Below, piece by piece: positions 40,647 to 49,678 of a stretch of DNA of 64,000 bases. Both the position numbers and the translations under genes were made by a program. The notes under the pieces were generated by a model. That model made no database searches. It was not told the origin of the DNA and saw only the letters and a list, made by a program, of their open reading frames with translations. The DNA lies in the NCBI GenBank assembly GCA_963772365.1, contig CAVYXA010000002.1:32763-96762 (forward strand). Reading direction: 5' to 3'. The number at the start of each line of letters is the position of its first letter. Position 1 is the stretch's first letter. Source of the stretch: an uncultured Verrucomicrobiae bacterium (lineage in GTDB: Bacteria > Verrucomicrobiota > Verrucomicrobiia > Chthoniobacterales > UBA10450).

Positions 40647-41600
40647 ATGGCTTCAGGTTCGGCGCTTTGGCAGACGATTTTCGTTTCGTTCGCCATCGTG
40701 CTCATCTTGTTTGAACTGATTCGCGGATGGCGTCTTGGGCTGATGCGACAACTGGCTCGGCTTGTAGCATTGCTCGCAGCTTATGCCGCCGCCATTTTCG
40801 GCGGTAGACTTCTTCTGCCGATCGCCCGCCCGTTTTTGAAAATGCCCGATGCCGTAATCGCCATCATCGCCGGGGTAATCGTGGCCCTGGTGGTTTATTC
40901 GGTCATCAGCAGTCTCGGTCGGATCTTGTTTAGACGGACAGATCAACAGATCTCCACCTCCTTGCGAGTTTTGTCAGGACTCAGCGGCGCAGCCCTGGGA
41001 TTATTTTTTGGGTTGCTGATGGTTTGGCTGATGGTGGTGACCATTCGTTCGCTTGGAGCTGTGGCAGATGGTCAGGTCCGCGGCCAGGGCATCGCCGAAA
41101 ATTTTGGAACTCCGCCGCAGGCTGTGCACGCGGTTTATTCTCCCGATGCCGAGATTCCCGCGCCGAAACTGAATGAACCTTCCAATTTCGTTGGTCTGCT
41201 GGCCCGGTTGAAAAACTCCGTGGAACGCGGCGTGGTGGGGCGAATCATGGAGAAAACGGATCCAGTTCCGCAGGCGACCTACGATATGCTCGGGAAACTC
41301 GGCCGTTTGCTCTCCGCACCGGACAGGGCGCAGCGTTTTCTCTCCTACCCCGGCGTGCAGCAATTGAGCGACAACCCGAAAATTGTCGCGCTGCGAAACG
41401 ATCCTGAGATACTGGATCTCATTTCGGACGGTCGCGTTTTTGAACTTCTCCGGAACGATAAGATTCTCGCCGCGGCTAATGATCCTGCCCTCGTAAACCA
41501 GATCAAGAAATTAGATCTTCGAGGCGCACTCGATTTCGCCCTCGGTCCCGAGCAACCTGGCGTTAAGCCCGTGAACGTCGGAGTAAATGACCAACAGTAA
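40647..41600 (+). CDS. CvpA family membrane protein
   Basis: IRGWRLGLMRQ, N-terminal TM helices and a C-terminal soluble domain. Confidence 0.75.
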   Translation: MASGSALWQTIFVSFAIVLILFELIRGWRLGLMRQLARLVALLAAYAAAIFGGRLLLPIARPFLKMPDAVIAIIAGVIVALVVYSVISSLGRILFRRTDQQISTSLRVLSGLSGAALGLFFGLLMVWLMVVTIRSLGAVADGQVRGQGIAENFGTPPQAVHAVYSPDAEIPAPKLNEPSNFVGLLARLKNSVERGVVGRIMEKTDPVPQATYDMLGKLGRLLSAPDRAQRFLSYPGVQQLSDNPKIVALRNDPEILDLISDGRVFELLRNDKILAAANDPALVNQIKKLDLRGALDFALGPEQPGVKPVNVGVNDQQ

Positions 41601-41688
41601 GATCGCGTTGGCCGGCGGCTTCCGATAACAGAGCCCGTAGGAAGTCATTGTCACACTAGCGGACGTTGTGCGAGAAATTTGGCGCCGC

Positions 41689-43142
41689 ATGAGTTATGTC
41701 GCGACCATCGGGCTGGAAGTGCACGTCCAACTGAAGACGCGCTCGAAAATGTTCTGCTCGTGTCCGGTTGAGTTCGGCGGCGCGCCGAACTCGCATACGT
41801 GCCCGACCTGTCTCGGTTTGCCGGGGGCACTGCCCGTCATGAATCATGAGGCGTTACGCCTGACCGTGCTCACCGGACTCATGCTCGCTTGCGAGATCGC
41901 GCCGGTATCGAAGTTCGATCGCAAGAATTATTTTTATCCCGACATGCCGAAGAACTATCAAATTTCGCAATACGACATGCCGCTCTGCACCAACGGCAGT
42001 GTCCCGTTGCACGATCTCGCTTATCCCAAGGACGCGCAAAAGAGCATCGTGCGCCGGACAAGGAAGTCCGTCTCGTGCGGATTCATTTAGAAGAAGACGT
42101 CGCGAAGAGTTTTCATTTCGAAAATAGCACTGGCATTGATTTCAATCGGGCCGGCACGCCGTTGATGGAGATCGTGACCCAGCCTGAAATCAGTTCGCCC
42201 GAAGAAGCATTCGCGTTTCTGACTTCGCTCAAGCAGATCCTGATCTACGGAAAAGTCAGCGACGCCGATATGGAGAAAGGGCAGCTCCGTTGCGATTGCA
42301 ATGTTTCGGTGCGCCCGGAATCGCAAGCCGAGCTGGGCGTTAAGATCGAGATCAAGAACATGAATTCGATCAGTGGCGTCCGGCGAGCGCTAGGTTATGA
42401 AATCAATCGTCAGATCGCTGCTCTGGAACGCGGAGATAAACTCGAACAGGAAACCCGCGGCTGGGATGATGCCGCTGGCGAAACGTTTTTAATGCGAACC
42501 AAGGAATTCGCCCATGATTATCGTTATTTTCCCGATCCCGATCTCGTACCCGTAAAAACCGAATCTCTGCTGGAAGAGGTGCGTCGCCGTGTCCCCGAAC
42601 TGCCGAAGCCAAAGCGCGACCGATTTGTGCAGCAATACGAGGTGAGTTCGTACGATGCCGGTGTTCTGGCGAGCGATGTCGATCTTGCAAACTATTTCGA
42701 AGCAGCCGCGCGTGATGCAGAAAGACCCAAGATCGTGGCAAATTGGATTTTGAACGATCTGCAAAGCGCGTTGGGCGCGGCCGGTAAGACTGTTGAAAAT
42801 TGTTCCATTCGCCCCGAGTCGCTCAATGAGCTGGTGAAGTTGATCGACAGCGGAAAGATCAGCGGCAAGCAGGCCAAGGACGTTTTCGCGGGAATGTTTG
42901 CTACTGGAAAAACGGCATCCGCAATTGTGAAAGAAAAAGGGATCGAGCAGTTGAGCGATGTCAGCGCGATTGAAAAGATGTGCGACGAAGTAATCTCCGC
43001 GAACCCGAAACCGGCGTCGGATTTTCAGGCGGGAAATGCGGCTTCTCTGAATTTTCTCAAAGGCCAGGTGATGAAACTATCGAAGGGCAAAGCCAACCCG
43101 CAGCTGGTCGGAGAAATCCTGCAACGGAAGCTTGGCCGGTGA
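41689..43142 (+). CDS. gatB: Asp/Glu-tRNA amidotransferase subunit B (apparent frameshift near 42050)
   Basis: [32 protein letters not shown]. Confidence 0.96.
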
Positions 43143-43230
43143 ATTGTGGAAGAGTTGAAACGTTAAAAGGTTAACAGTTGAATAGAGAGAACCGCTTTTT
43201 TAATAATTCAACCGCGCTCGATTTCTCACC

Positions 43231-43325
43231 TGTTATTCTGAGCGGAGCGAAGAATCTCTAATCATTTTCTTTGTGCATTGGTCTCGAGTCATGACTGGTG
43301 ATGTTTCGCTTCGCTCAACATGACA
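43231..43325. repeat. REP-like palindromic element, family A
   Basis: Close to the reverse complement of 3058-3152. Confidence 0.8.
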
Positions 43326-43505
43326 AATGGGGGATGACCATGCCTCCTTGATGTTTCGCATCAAATGCTCAGCGCGGCGGCAAGCAATGCCAATTCTCCA
43401 AGCGATTCGATGTTTGTGAGAAGTTTGTAGGGCGTTTCTGTGAAACGCCGTCTATTTTAAATCGTTGAATCGGCGGCTGACACAGCCGCTCTACAATCCC
43501 ATGCT

Positions 43506-44639
43506 GTGACTATTTTAATCGCCCCGGACAAATTCAAGGGCTCTTTAAACGCCCGTGAAGTGGCGGAGAACATTGCGATCGGTCTTCGCGAAGTTCTTCC
43601 GAAAGCGAAGATCGACATCGTTCCGATGGCGGACGGAGGAGAAGGGACGGCCGAAGCACTCTGCGACGCTCTGGGCGGTTCGTGGGTGAAATGCCGGGCG
43701 CACGATCCACTCGGTCGAGAGATCGAAGTGCGTTACGGCTGGATTAAAACTCAAAAACTCGCCGTTATGGAAATGAGTGAAGCGGCTGGCATGCGCCGAT
43801 TAGCGGAAGACGAACGCGATCCAATTCGAGCGGATACGTTTGGAGTGGGTGAAATGATCGCGGACGCCAGCAAACGTGGCGCCGGGGAAATCATCATCGG
43901 ACTCGGCGGCAGCGCGACAAACGACGGCGGGACGGGGATGGCGCGAGCGCTCGGATTTCGATTTTTTGCGAATGAGGAGGGATTGAGTCGTGATGTCAGC
44001 GGACTCAGCAAGCTTACGCGTATCGAGCGACCCTCACCTGGCGCTACGCGTCCTCCTCTCCCTCAGGGAGAGGATGGAGGTGAGGGCAAACCGTTACCGA
44101 AAATCATTGCAGCGGTGGATGTGAAGAATCCCTTGCTTGGAGAAAATGGTGCCACGCGGATATTCGGTCCGCAGAAAGGAGCGAGTGCGGAGAAGATCGA
44201 CATTCTGGAGCGCGCATTAACCAGACTGGCAGATGTGGTGGCGAAACAATTCGGCGTCGATTATCGGAATCAACCTGGTGCTGGCGCGGCGGGTGGACTC
44301 GGGTTTGGGCTGATGAGTTTTTGCAATGCAACGGTCCATCCGGGTTTTGACGTGGTCGCGGAGGCGATCGATCTCGAGTCGAAGATGAGACGGGTCGATG
44401 TTGTGATTACAGGCGAGGGGAGTTTGGATCGACAAACGCTGGAAGGAAAAACGCCCGCCGGAGTCGCACGATTGGCTCACAAAGTTGGAAAACGCGTGTT
44501 CGCGATTGCCGGCCGAGTATCGGAAGATCGACAAGCGCGAGAACTGTTCGATGGCGTTTATGAATTGGGCGGAACGATTCCGCAGGCGGCGGAATTATTG
44601 CAGGAACGCGCGCGAGAATTAGCAGCTTCCCTGAAATAG
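43506..44639 (+). CDS. glxK: Glycerate kinase
   Basis: APDKFKGSL, ADGGEGT, GGSATNDGG, GAGAAGG, TGEG. Confidence 0.94.
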   Translation: MTILIAPDKFKGSLNAREVAENIAIGLREVLPKAKIDIVPMADGGEGTAEALCDALGGSWVKCRAHDPLGREIEVRYGWIKTQKLAVMEMSEAAGMRRLAEDERDPIRADTFGVGEMIADASKRGAGEIIIGLGGSATNDGGTGMARALGFRFFANEEGLSRDVSGLSKLTRIERPSPGATRPPLPQGEDGGEGKPLPKIIAAVDVKNPLLGENGATRIFGPQKGASAEKIDILERALTRLADVVAKQFGVDYRNQPGAGAAGGLGFGLMSFCNATVHPGFDVVAEAIDLESKMRRVDVVITGEGSLDRQTLEGKTPAGVARLAHKVGKRVFAIAGRVSEDRQARELFDGVYELGGTIPQAAELLQERARELAASLK

Positions 44640-44694
44640 GTGGATCGGCTTCTCCGAAGAAAAGATTCGCGAAAAGGAAATAGGCCGGCAGCCG

Positions 44695-44920
44695 TTTTGC
44701 GCGAAGCGCTTTAGGAGTGCGATGCGTCCTCGCATCGCTTTTCTTGCTTTCATCAGAGATTCAGCATGATATCCGAGGGCATGGGGCAAAGCTGGCCGCA
44801 CGCGCCGCTGCACTATTTCGCGCGGCGCGGGACGTATATGATTACCGCTGGTACGCATCGCATCAAAGTGAGTTTTGAAAGCGACGCGGCACGCATCGCA
44901 CTCCGAAAGCTTTCGCGAAA
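44695..44920 (+). mobile_element. Remnant of a REP-associated tyrosine transposase (RAYT) between inverted family C REPs
   Basis: MGQSWPHAPLHYFARRGTYMITAGT at 44781 resembles Y1/RAYT N-termini; REPs at 44695-44742 and 44878-44920. Confidence 0.6.
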
Positions 44921-44986
44921 TGGGAAACACCGGAACCGTTTCTATTTCGATCATCGCTTGCGGGATGATAAGCACGGAAACCTTAG

Positions 44987-45655
44987 TCACGGCTGCGCAG
45001 CGACCCATTGTGCGGCGTAGCGCACGACTTGTCGCGCATTCTTCAAGTTCAGTTTTTCCTTGATGTGGGCCCGATGGGTTTCCACCGTTTTTGCGCTGAT
45101 GTGTAACGCCCGGGCGATCTCGCGTACGTCCCGGCCTTTGCCGATTAATTCCAGAATCTCCAGCTCCCGGTCGCTCAGGTTATCGGTCCCGCTCGATTGA
45201 GTTTTTCCACCGGCGAAGTTCGTGATCAGTTTGGCCGACATATCGCGGCTGAGATAGGGCCGCCCGGCCAATACTTCCCGGATCGCCGTGATCACGTTCT
45301 CCGCAGCTTCTTCTTTCATGACATAGCCCTGCGCACCGGCCTTGATCGCTCGCAAGGCATAAAGCGACTCATCATGCATCGACAACGTCAGCACCGGGAG
45401 TTTTGAAAATTCGGCCCGGATATTTTTGATCAACTCAACACCGTTAGCGCCCGGCAAACTGACATCCACTATGACCAGATCTGGCTTGAGCTTCCGAAGC
45501 ACGTCCATGGCATCGGCGGCATTGCCGGATTCACCACAAACGACGAGGCCATCCTCAGTGCTGTTGATCAACTGTTCGATCCCTTTCCGGAAAAGAGGAT
45601 GATCATCGACAATGACAATTCGCTTCGGTGCCGTGCCGCGTTTCGGGCTTTTCAA
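44987..45655 (-). CDS. NarL/LuxR family response regulator
   Basis: VDDHPLFR receiver, LSDRELEIL...KTVETHR HTH. Confidence 0.93.
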   Translation of the reverse strand: MKSPKRGTAPKRIVIVDDHPLFRKGIEQLINSTEDGLVVCGESGNAADAMDVLRKLKPDLVIVDVSLPGANGVELIKNIRAEFSKLPVLTLSMHDESLYALRAIKAGAQGYVMKEEAAENVITAIREVLAGRPYLSRDMSAKLITNFAGGKTQSSGTDNLSDRELEILELIGKGRDVREIARALHISAKTVETHRAHIKEKLNLKNARQVVRYAAQWVAAQP

Positions 45656-45676
45656 TTTTGGTCGGGCGAGCCTGTT

Positions 45677-48600
45677 TCATACTTCTCCCGAGCGAGAATC
45701 TGGCAACCGCGGCGTTTGAGACGCGCCATTGCCGTGTGACAGATAGACCGAGACGCGTGTCCCGCCACTTTTAGGTGATGTTACTTCCAAGCGTGCCCCG
45801 ATGGATTTGGCCCGATAATTCATAATGTGAAACCCGAGCCCGGTGCCGCTTCTCCGTTCCGGCTCCATGCCTACGCCGTTATCGATTACACGAAAGACCA
45901 GCTCGTCTTTCCGGCGCCCGACCTCGACCACTGCTCGACTCGCCCGGGCGTGTTTGTTCACGTTCATGAGCGCTTCGCGCAGAATCCGGTAAAGCTCGGA
46001 AGCCGTGGTATCGCTTTCGATATCGAACTGGGTGCTAATCTTCAATCGACAGGGCGTGTTCCAGATTTTTCGTTCGACGAGATCATGCAACGCTTTCTTG
46101 AAATGGGCTGCATCCATTTCCTCCTTGTGCAGATCGCGCGCGATATTGCGAACGTCGATGACCGAGTTGTTAATCAGTTGCGCGATCTTCTCCAGATCTT
46201 CGACCTGGACGACTCGATGATTCTTGAGCCGCAACGCCGTGGAATGCGCCATCAACCCGATCGCGCCTAATTCCTGGCAAAGGCCGTCGTGCAATTCCTG
46301 CCCGAACCGCTGCTGCTCGCGATCGCTTACCGTGAGAATGTCGCTCTCAAGTCCTTTTCTTTGTGCCATCTCGTTTTTCAGTTCCGCATTGGCCACTCGC
46401 AATGCCCTTGTCCGCCGTTGCACCAGCAGCTCCAGCATCTCCTTCGAGCGCCGCAGTTCAGTCTCGGCCTTTTTTCGGTCCGTAATGTCCACCACTACGC
46501 CAACTACCGATTGCACCTTGCCCTGGATATCGCGCACTGGTGATGCGCTCACGCTTACCCAAATGATCGAGCCGTCTTTCCGGACATAACGCTTTTCCAT
46601 CTGGTACGCTCTTCCTTCACGGATCAATCGGTTGAAAAGATCCGCGCTCCGCGCCATCTCATGCTTGTAGGTGAACATCCGAATCGGTTGCCCGATCAGC
46701 TCGGACTCGGTGTAACCCAGAATTTTGCAGAACGGTTGATTTACGAACAAAAGCCGGCCCTTCCGATCAGCCCGAGCAATGCCGACGGTGGTTTGTTCGA
46801 TCATGGCCCGCGTTCGTTGCTCCGAGTCATAGAGCGCTTCGGCGGATCGTTGCCGCTCGATTCCGTGGGCCAATTGCCGCGCGAGAGTCAATGCCAGTTT
46901 GCGTTCGTCGTCGCTGAAAAGGTGCGGCCGATTGTGATAGACAATGAATTTGCCGATCAATTTTCCATCCGCCACGAGAGGGAAGAAGCCGGCGGCCCGG
47001 ATCCCTTCCGCTCGAATCGTTCGCTTCAGCTTCGGCGGCAGATTGGAAAGATCGACATCGCTGAGGCAAATCGGTTCGACGTTCGTCGCGTCAGGTTTCC
47101 ACGGCGAATGGCCTTCCACGCTCCGGCGATACTTTTCGGAAATGCCGCGCCAGGCGACAAAACGCATCACATTTTCCTCGTCGAAAAGCAGAATCGACGC
47201 GCGGTCGCAATGCAATAGATCCATGATCGCGTCCAATCCCGCACAGTAAATCGACGTCATCGTTCTGCCTTCACTGCGGCGCTGGATGAACTCGTACAGC
47301 ACTGCCTGTCGTCGGGCGGCTTCGGCCAGAGCTCGCTCGGCTTTCCTGCGTCGAGTGATATCCGCAAAATAGAGGTTCACATACTCACGCTGGAGGGTCG
47401 GAGCGATCGAGACCAGGTAAATGCGATCGAAGAAGCTTACTTCAGCGGAGCGCTCATTCGTGGCTGCCAGCGCCAGAATTTCTCGAGGTGCTGGTGCGCC
47501 GATTTTCCCGCCCAGGCGGGACAACAGTTTCTCAGCAGCAGGATTGGCGAAGTTGATAGTTCGATCGCGATGAACGCGCATCACGGGCGAAGGATTTTCC
47601 TCCGGCAAGGTGCTGGCCAGCTTCAACGCTTGCCGGGTTTGGATGCGCTCGGTGACGTCGGTATTGATTTCCAGGATCGACACGGGATTTCCATTCGCAT
47701 CGCGATCCAGCGTCCATCGGGAAAAGCTGGTGATGGCAGTGCCGTCGCGCCGATGGTGCACGAGTTCGCCGTCCCACAGGTTGTGCCGATGCAGCGTCTT
47801 CATGATTTGAGGAAGCGGCTCCGGATGTTGGGTCTTGAGCAACTGGTGAGTGATTTTGCCGGCCGCTTCTTCCCAACTGTATCCAAACATTTTTTTCGCT
47901 CCCTTGTTCCAGTAAACAATCCGGTCAGCGGAATCGCGAACGATGATGGCATCCGCGGTCAAATCGAGAAGGCGCGCCTGTTCGGTTAATCGGCGCTCGG
48001 CTTCCTTTTGCTGAGTGATGTCACGCGCAATTTTTGAGATACCGATAATCTCGCCGTTGCGATCCTGGATGGGTGAAATTGTCAGGGAGACGTCGATCAG
48101 CCTACCATCCTTGCGGCGGCGCACTGTTTCATAGTGATCGATCGACTCACCGCGGCGAGTCCGACTTAGAATCTCTTCTTCCTCGCTATGCCGGTCCGGC
48201 GGGATGATGGTAAGGATTGATTTACCGACAATCTCGTTTGGTTTGTATCCGAAGATGCGTTGAGCGCCGTTGTTCCAATCGGTTACGATGCCGTTCAGGT
48301 CCTTGGCTGCAATCGCGTCATGCGATGATTCAACCACTGCCGCCAATCGCTGGGACGCCGCTTCCGAGCGCCGGCGCTCGGTCACATCATAAAGACAATC
48401 GATTACGCTGTTGATCTTGCCATCGGCGCCTCGCACAGCCCTCGGGGAAGCGATTGCCCACCGGCGGGTTCCATCAGGGCGTTCCACGATGACTTCGCAA
48501 TCCTCTGCCGTGAGCGATTCACCTCGCAAGAGGCGCGCTACCGGGTATTGATCGCGCGGCATCAATTGGCCATTTCGATAGTAGGTTCGAAGCGCTCCGC

Positions 48601-49366
48601 TAAACAACTCCTCGGCGTCGTCCCGCCCGGGAATACGGCCCCAAAGTTCCACCGCTTGCTGATTGAATTGCCCGACTACTCCCCTGGCGTCGCAGGCATA
48701 CACCGCCATCGGGACCAGATCGAACAGGGTGCGATAACGTTCCTCGGAGCGGCGAATCATTTCCTGAGCCCGGACGCGCTCGGTGAGATCGACGATCGCC
48801 GTCTGATAAAGACGTGTTCCCTCCTTCTTTTGCGAAGTGGTGGGATTACTGTAGAGGTGGGCGAAAATAAATTCCCGATTCGCCCGTTTCAGGCGCAGAT
48901 CGGTTTCGACATAGCCTTCCCCGGATCGACAGCGGCCAAGGTGATCCAAAAACAGTTGAATGTCCTCCCGAGCAACAAATCGGGTGAGCGGCGATCCAAT
49001 GAGATAATCGCGCTTTATCCCGAGAAGCTGGCTGGCGGCCAGGTTCGCCTCCTCAATTCGGCCGGCGCGGTCAAAGCTGACATACGCCATCGGGGCAAAG
49101 TCGTACAACTCGATGAATCGCTCGACGGCTTGCTCGAAATTAGACGAAGCGTTGTGAAAACTTCCGCCGCGCGGGAGATGCCGTCGCTTCGATGCCCCGT
49201 TGGGTGGTCTGGACCGCAGTGGCTTGGAAGCAGTTGCGTTTCCGTTCTTTTTCATCGCAACTCTGGTTAATACGCGGCCCAGTCCTCTCTCCGATGCCTT
49301 TCTTCGCCCGGCGGATCGAGCGAGCCGACTGCGTCGCCCTCTCCCATTGGTTTTGCTTTTCTTCAT
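45677..49366 (-). CDS. Multi-PAS/GAF sensor histidine kinase (HisKA_3 type)
   Basis: Several PAS/PAC domains, GAF, ELHDGLCQ, DNGVG, GLG. Confidence 0.92.
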   Translation of the reverse strand: MKKSKTNGRGRRSRLARSAGRRKASERGLGRVLTRVAMKKNGNATASKPLRSRPPNGASKRRHLPRGGSFHNASSNFEQAVERFIELYDFAPMAYVSFDRAGRIEEANLAASQLLGIKRDYLIGSPLTRFVAREDIQLFLDHLGRCRSGEGYVETDLRLKRANREFIFAHLYSNPTTSQKKEGTRLYQTAIVDLTERVRAQEMIRRSEERYRTLFDLVPMAVYACDARGVVGQFNQQAVELWGRIPGRDDAEELFSGALRTYYRNGQLMPRDQYPVARLLRGESLTAEDCEVIVERPDGTRRWAIASPRAVRGADGKINSVIDCLYDVTERRRSEAASQRLAAVVESSHDAIAAKDLNGIVTDWNNGAQRIFGYKPNEIVGKSILTIIPPDRHSEEEEILSRTRRGESIDHYETVRRRKDGRLIDVSLTISPIQDRNGEIIGISKIARDITQQKEAERRLTEQARLLDLTADAIIVRDSADRIVYWNKGAKKMFGYSWEEAAGKITHQLLKTQHPEPLPQIMKTLHRHNLWDGELVHHRRDGTAITSFSRWTLDRDANGNPVSILEINTDVTERIQTRQALKLASTLPEENPSPVMRVHRDRTINFANPAAEKLLSRLGGKIGAPAPREILALAATNERSAEVSFFDRIYLVSIAPTLQREYVNLYFADITRRRKAERALAEAARRQAVLYEFIQRRSEGRTMTSIYCAGLDAIMDLLHCDRASILLFDEENVMRFVAWRGISEKYRRSVEGHSPWKPDATNVEPICLSDVDLSNLPPKLKRTIRAEGIRAAGFFPLVADGKLIGKFIVYHNRPHLFSDDERKLALTLARQLAHGIERQRSAEALYDSEQRTRAMIEQTTVGIARADRKGRLLFVNQPFCKILGYTESELIGQPIRMFTYKHEMARSADLFNRLIREGRAYQMEKRYVRKDGSIIWVSVSASPVRDIQGKVQSVVGVVVDITDRKKAETELRRSKEMLELLVQRRTRALRVANAELKNEMAQRKGLESDILTVSDREQQRFGQELHDGLCQELGAIGLMAHSTALRLKNHRVVQVEDLEKIAQLINNSVIDVRNIARDLHKEEMDAAHFKKALHDLVERKIWNTPCRLKISTQFDIESDTTASELYRILREALMNVNKHARASRAVVEVGRRKDELVFRVIDNGVGMEPERRSGTGLGFHIMNYRAKSIGARLEVTSPKSGGTRVSVYLSHGNGASQTPRLPDSRSGEV

Positions 49367-49496
49367 GAGCTAACCGATCCCAATGTCGGAATTTTAACTC
49401 TAAGGCGAGCTAGCCCAAAGGCAAAAGGAACGCCGTCTGGAAAAGCGCCGGACGATTTCTGAAGAGCCACGAGGTAAGGCAGACCACCTCGGTAAG

Positions 49497-49640
49497 AAAA
49501 GCGATGCGAGGACGCCTCGCACTCCCAAAGCACTTCGTGCGAAATGTTGGAAGGCGTCCGCCGGTTTTCGCGAAGCTCGCCACGGGACGAGTCCGTCCGG
49601 AGGCGGACTTTCGGAGTGCGACGCGTCCTCGCGTCGCTTT
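49497..49640. repeat. REPIN-like element, family C
   Basis: Two inverted REP hairpins. Confidence 0.75.
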
Positions 49641-49678
49641 CGAGACGGCCCAAACCACCATATATCGCCGTGGATGGT

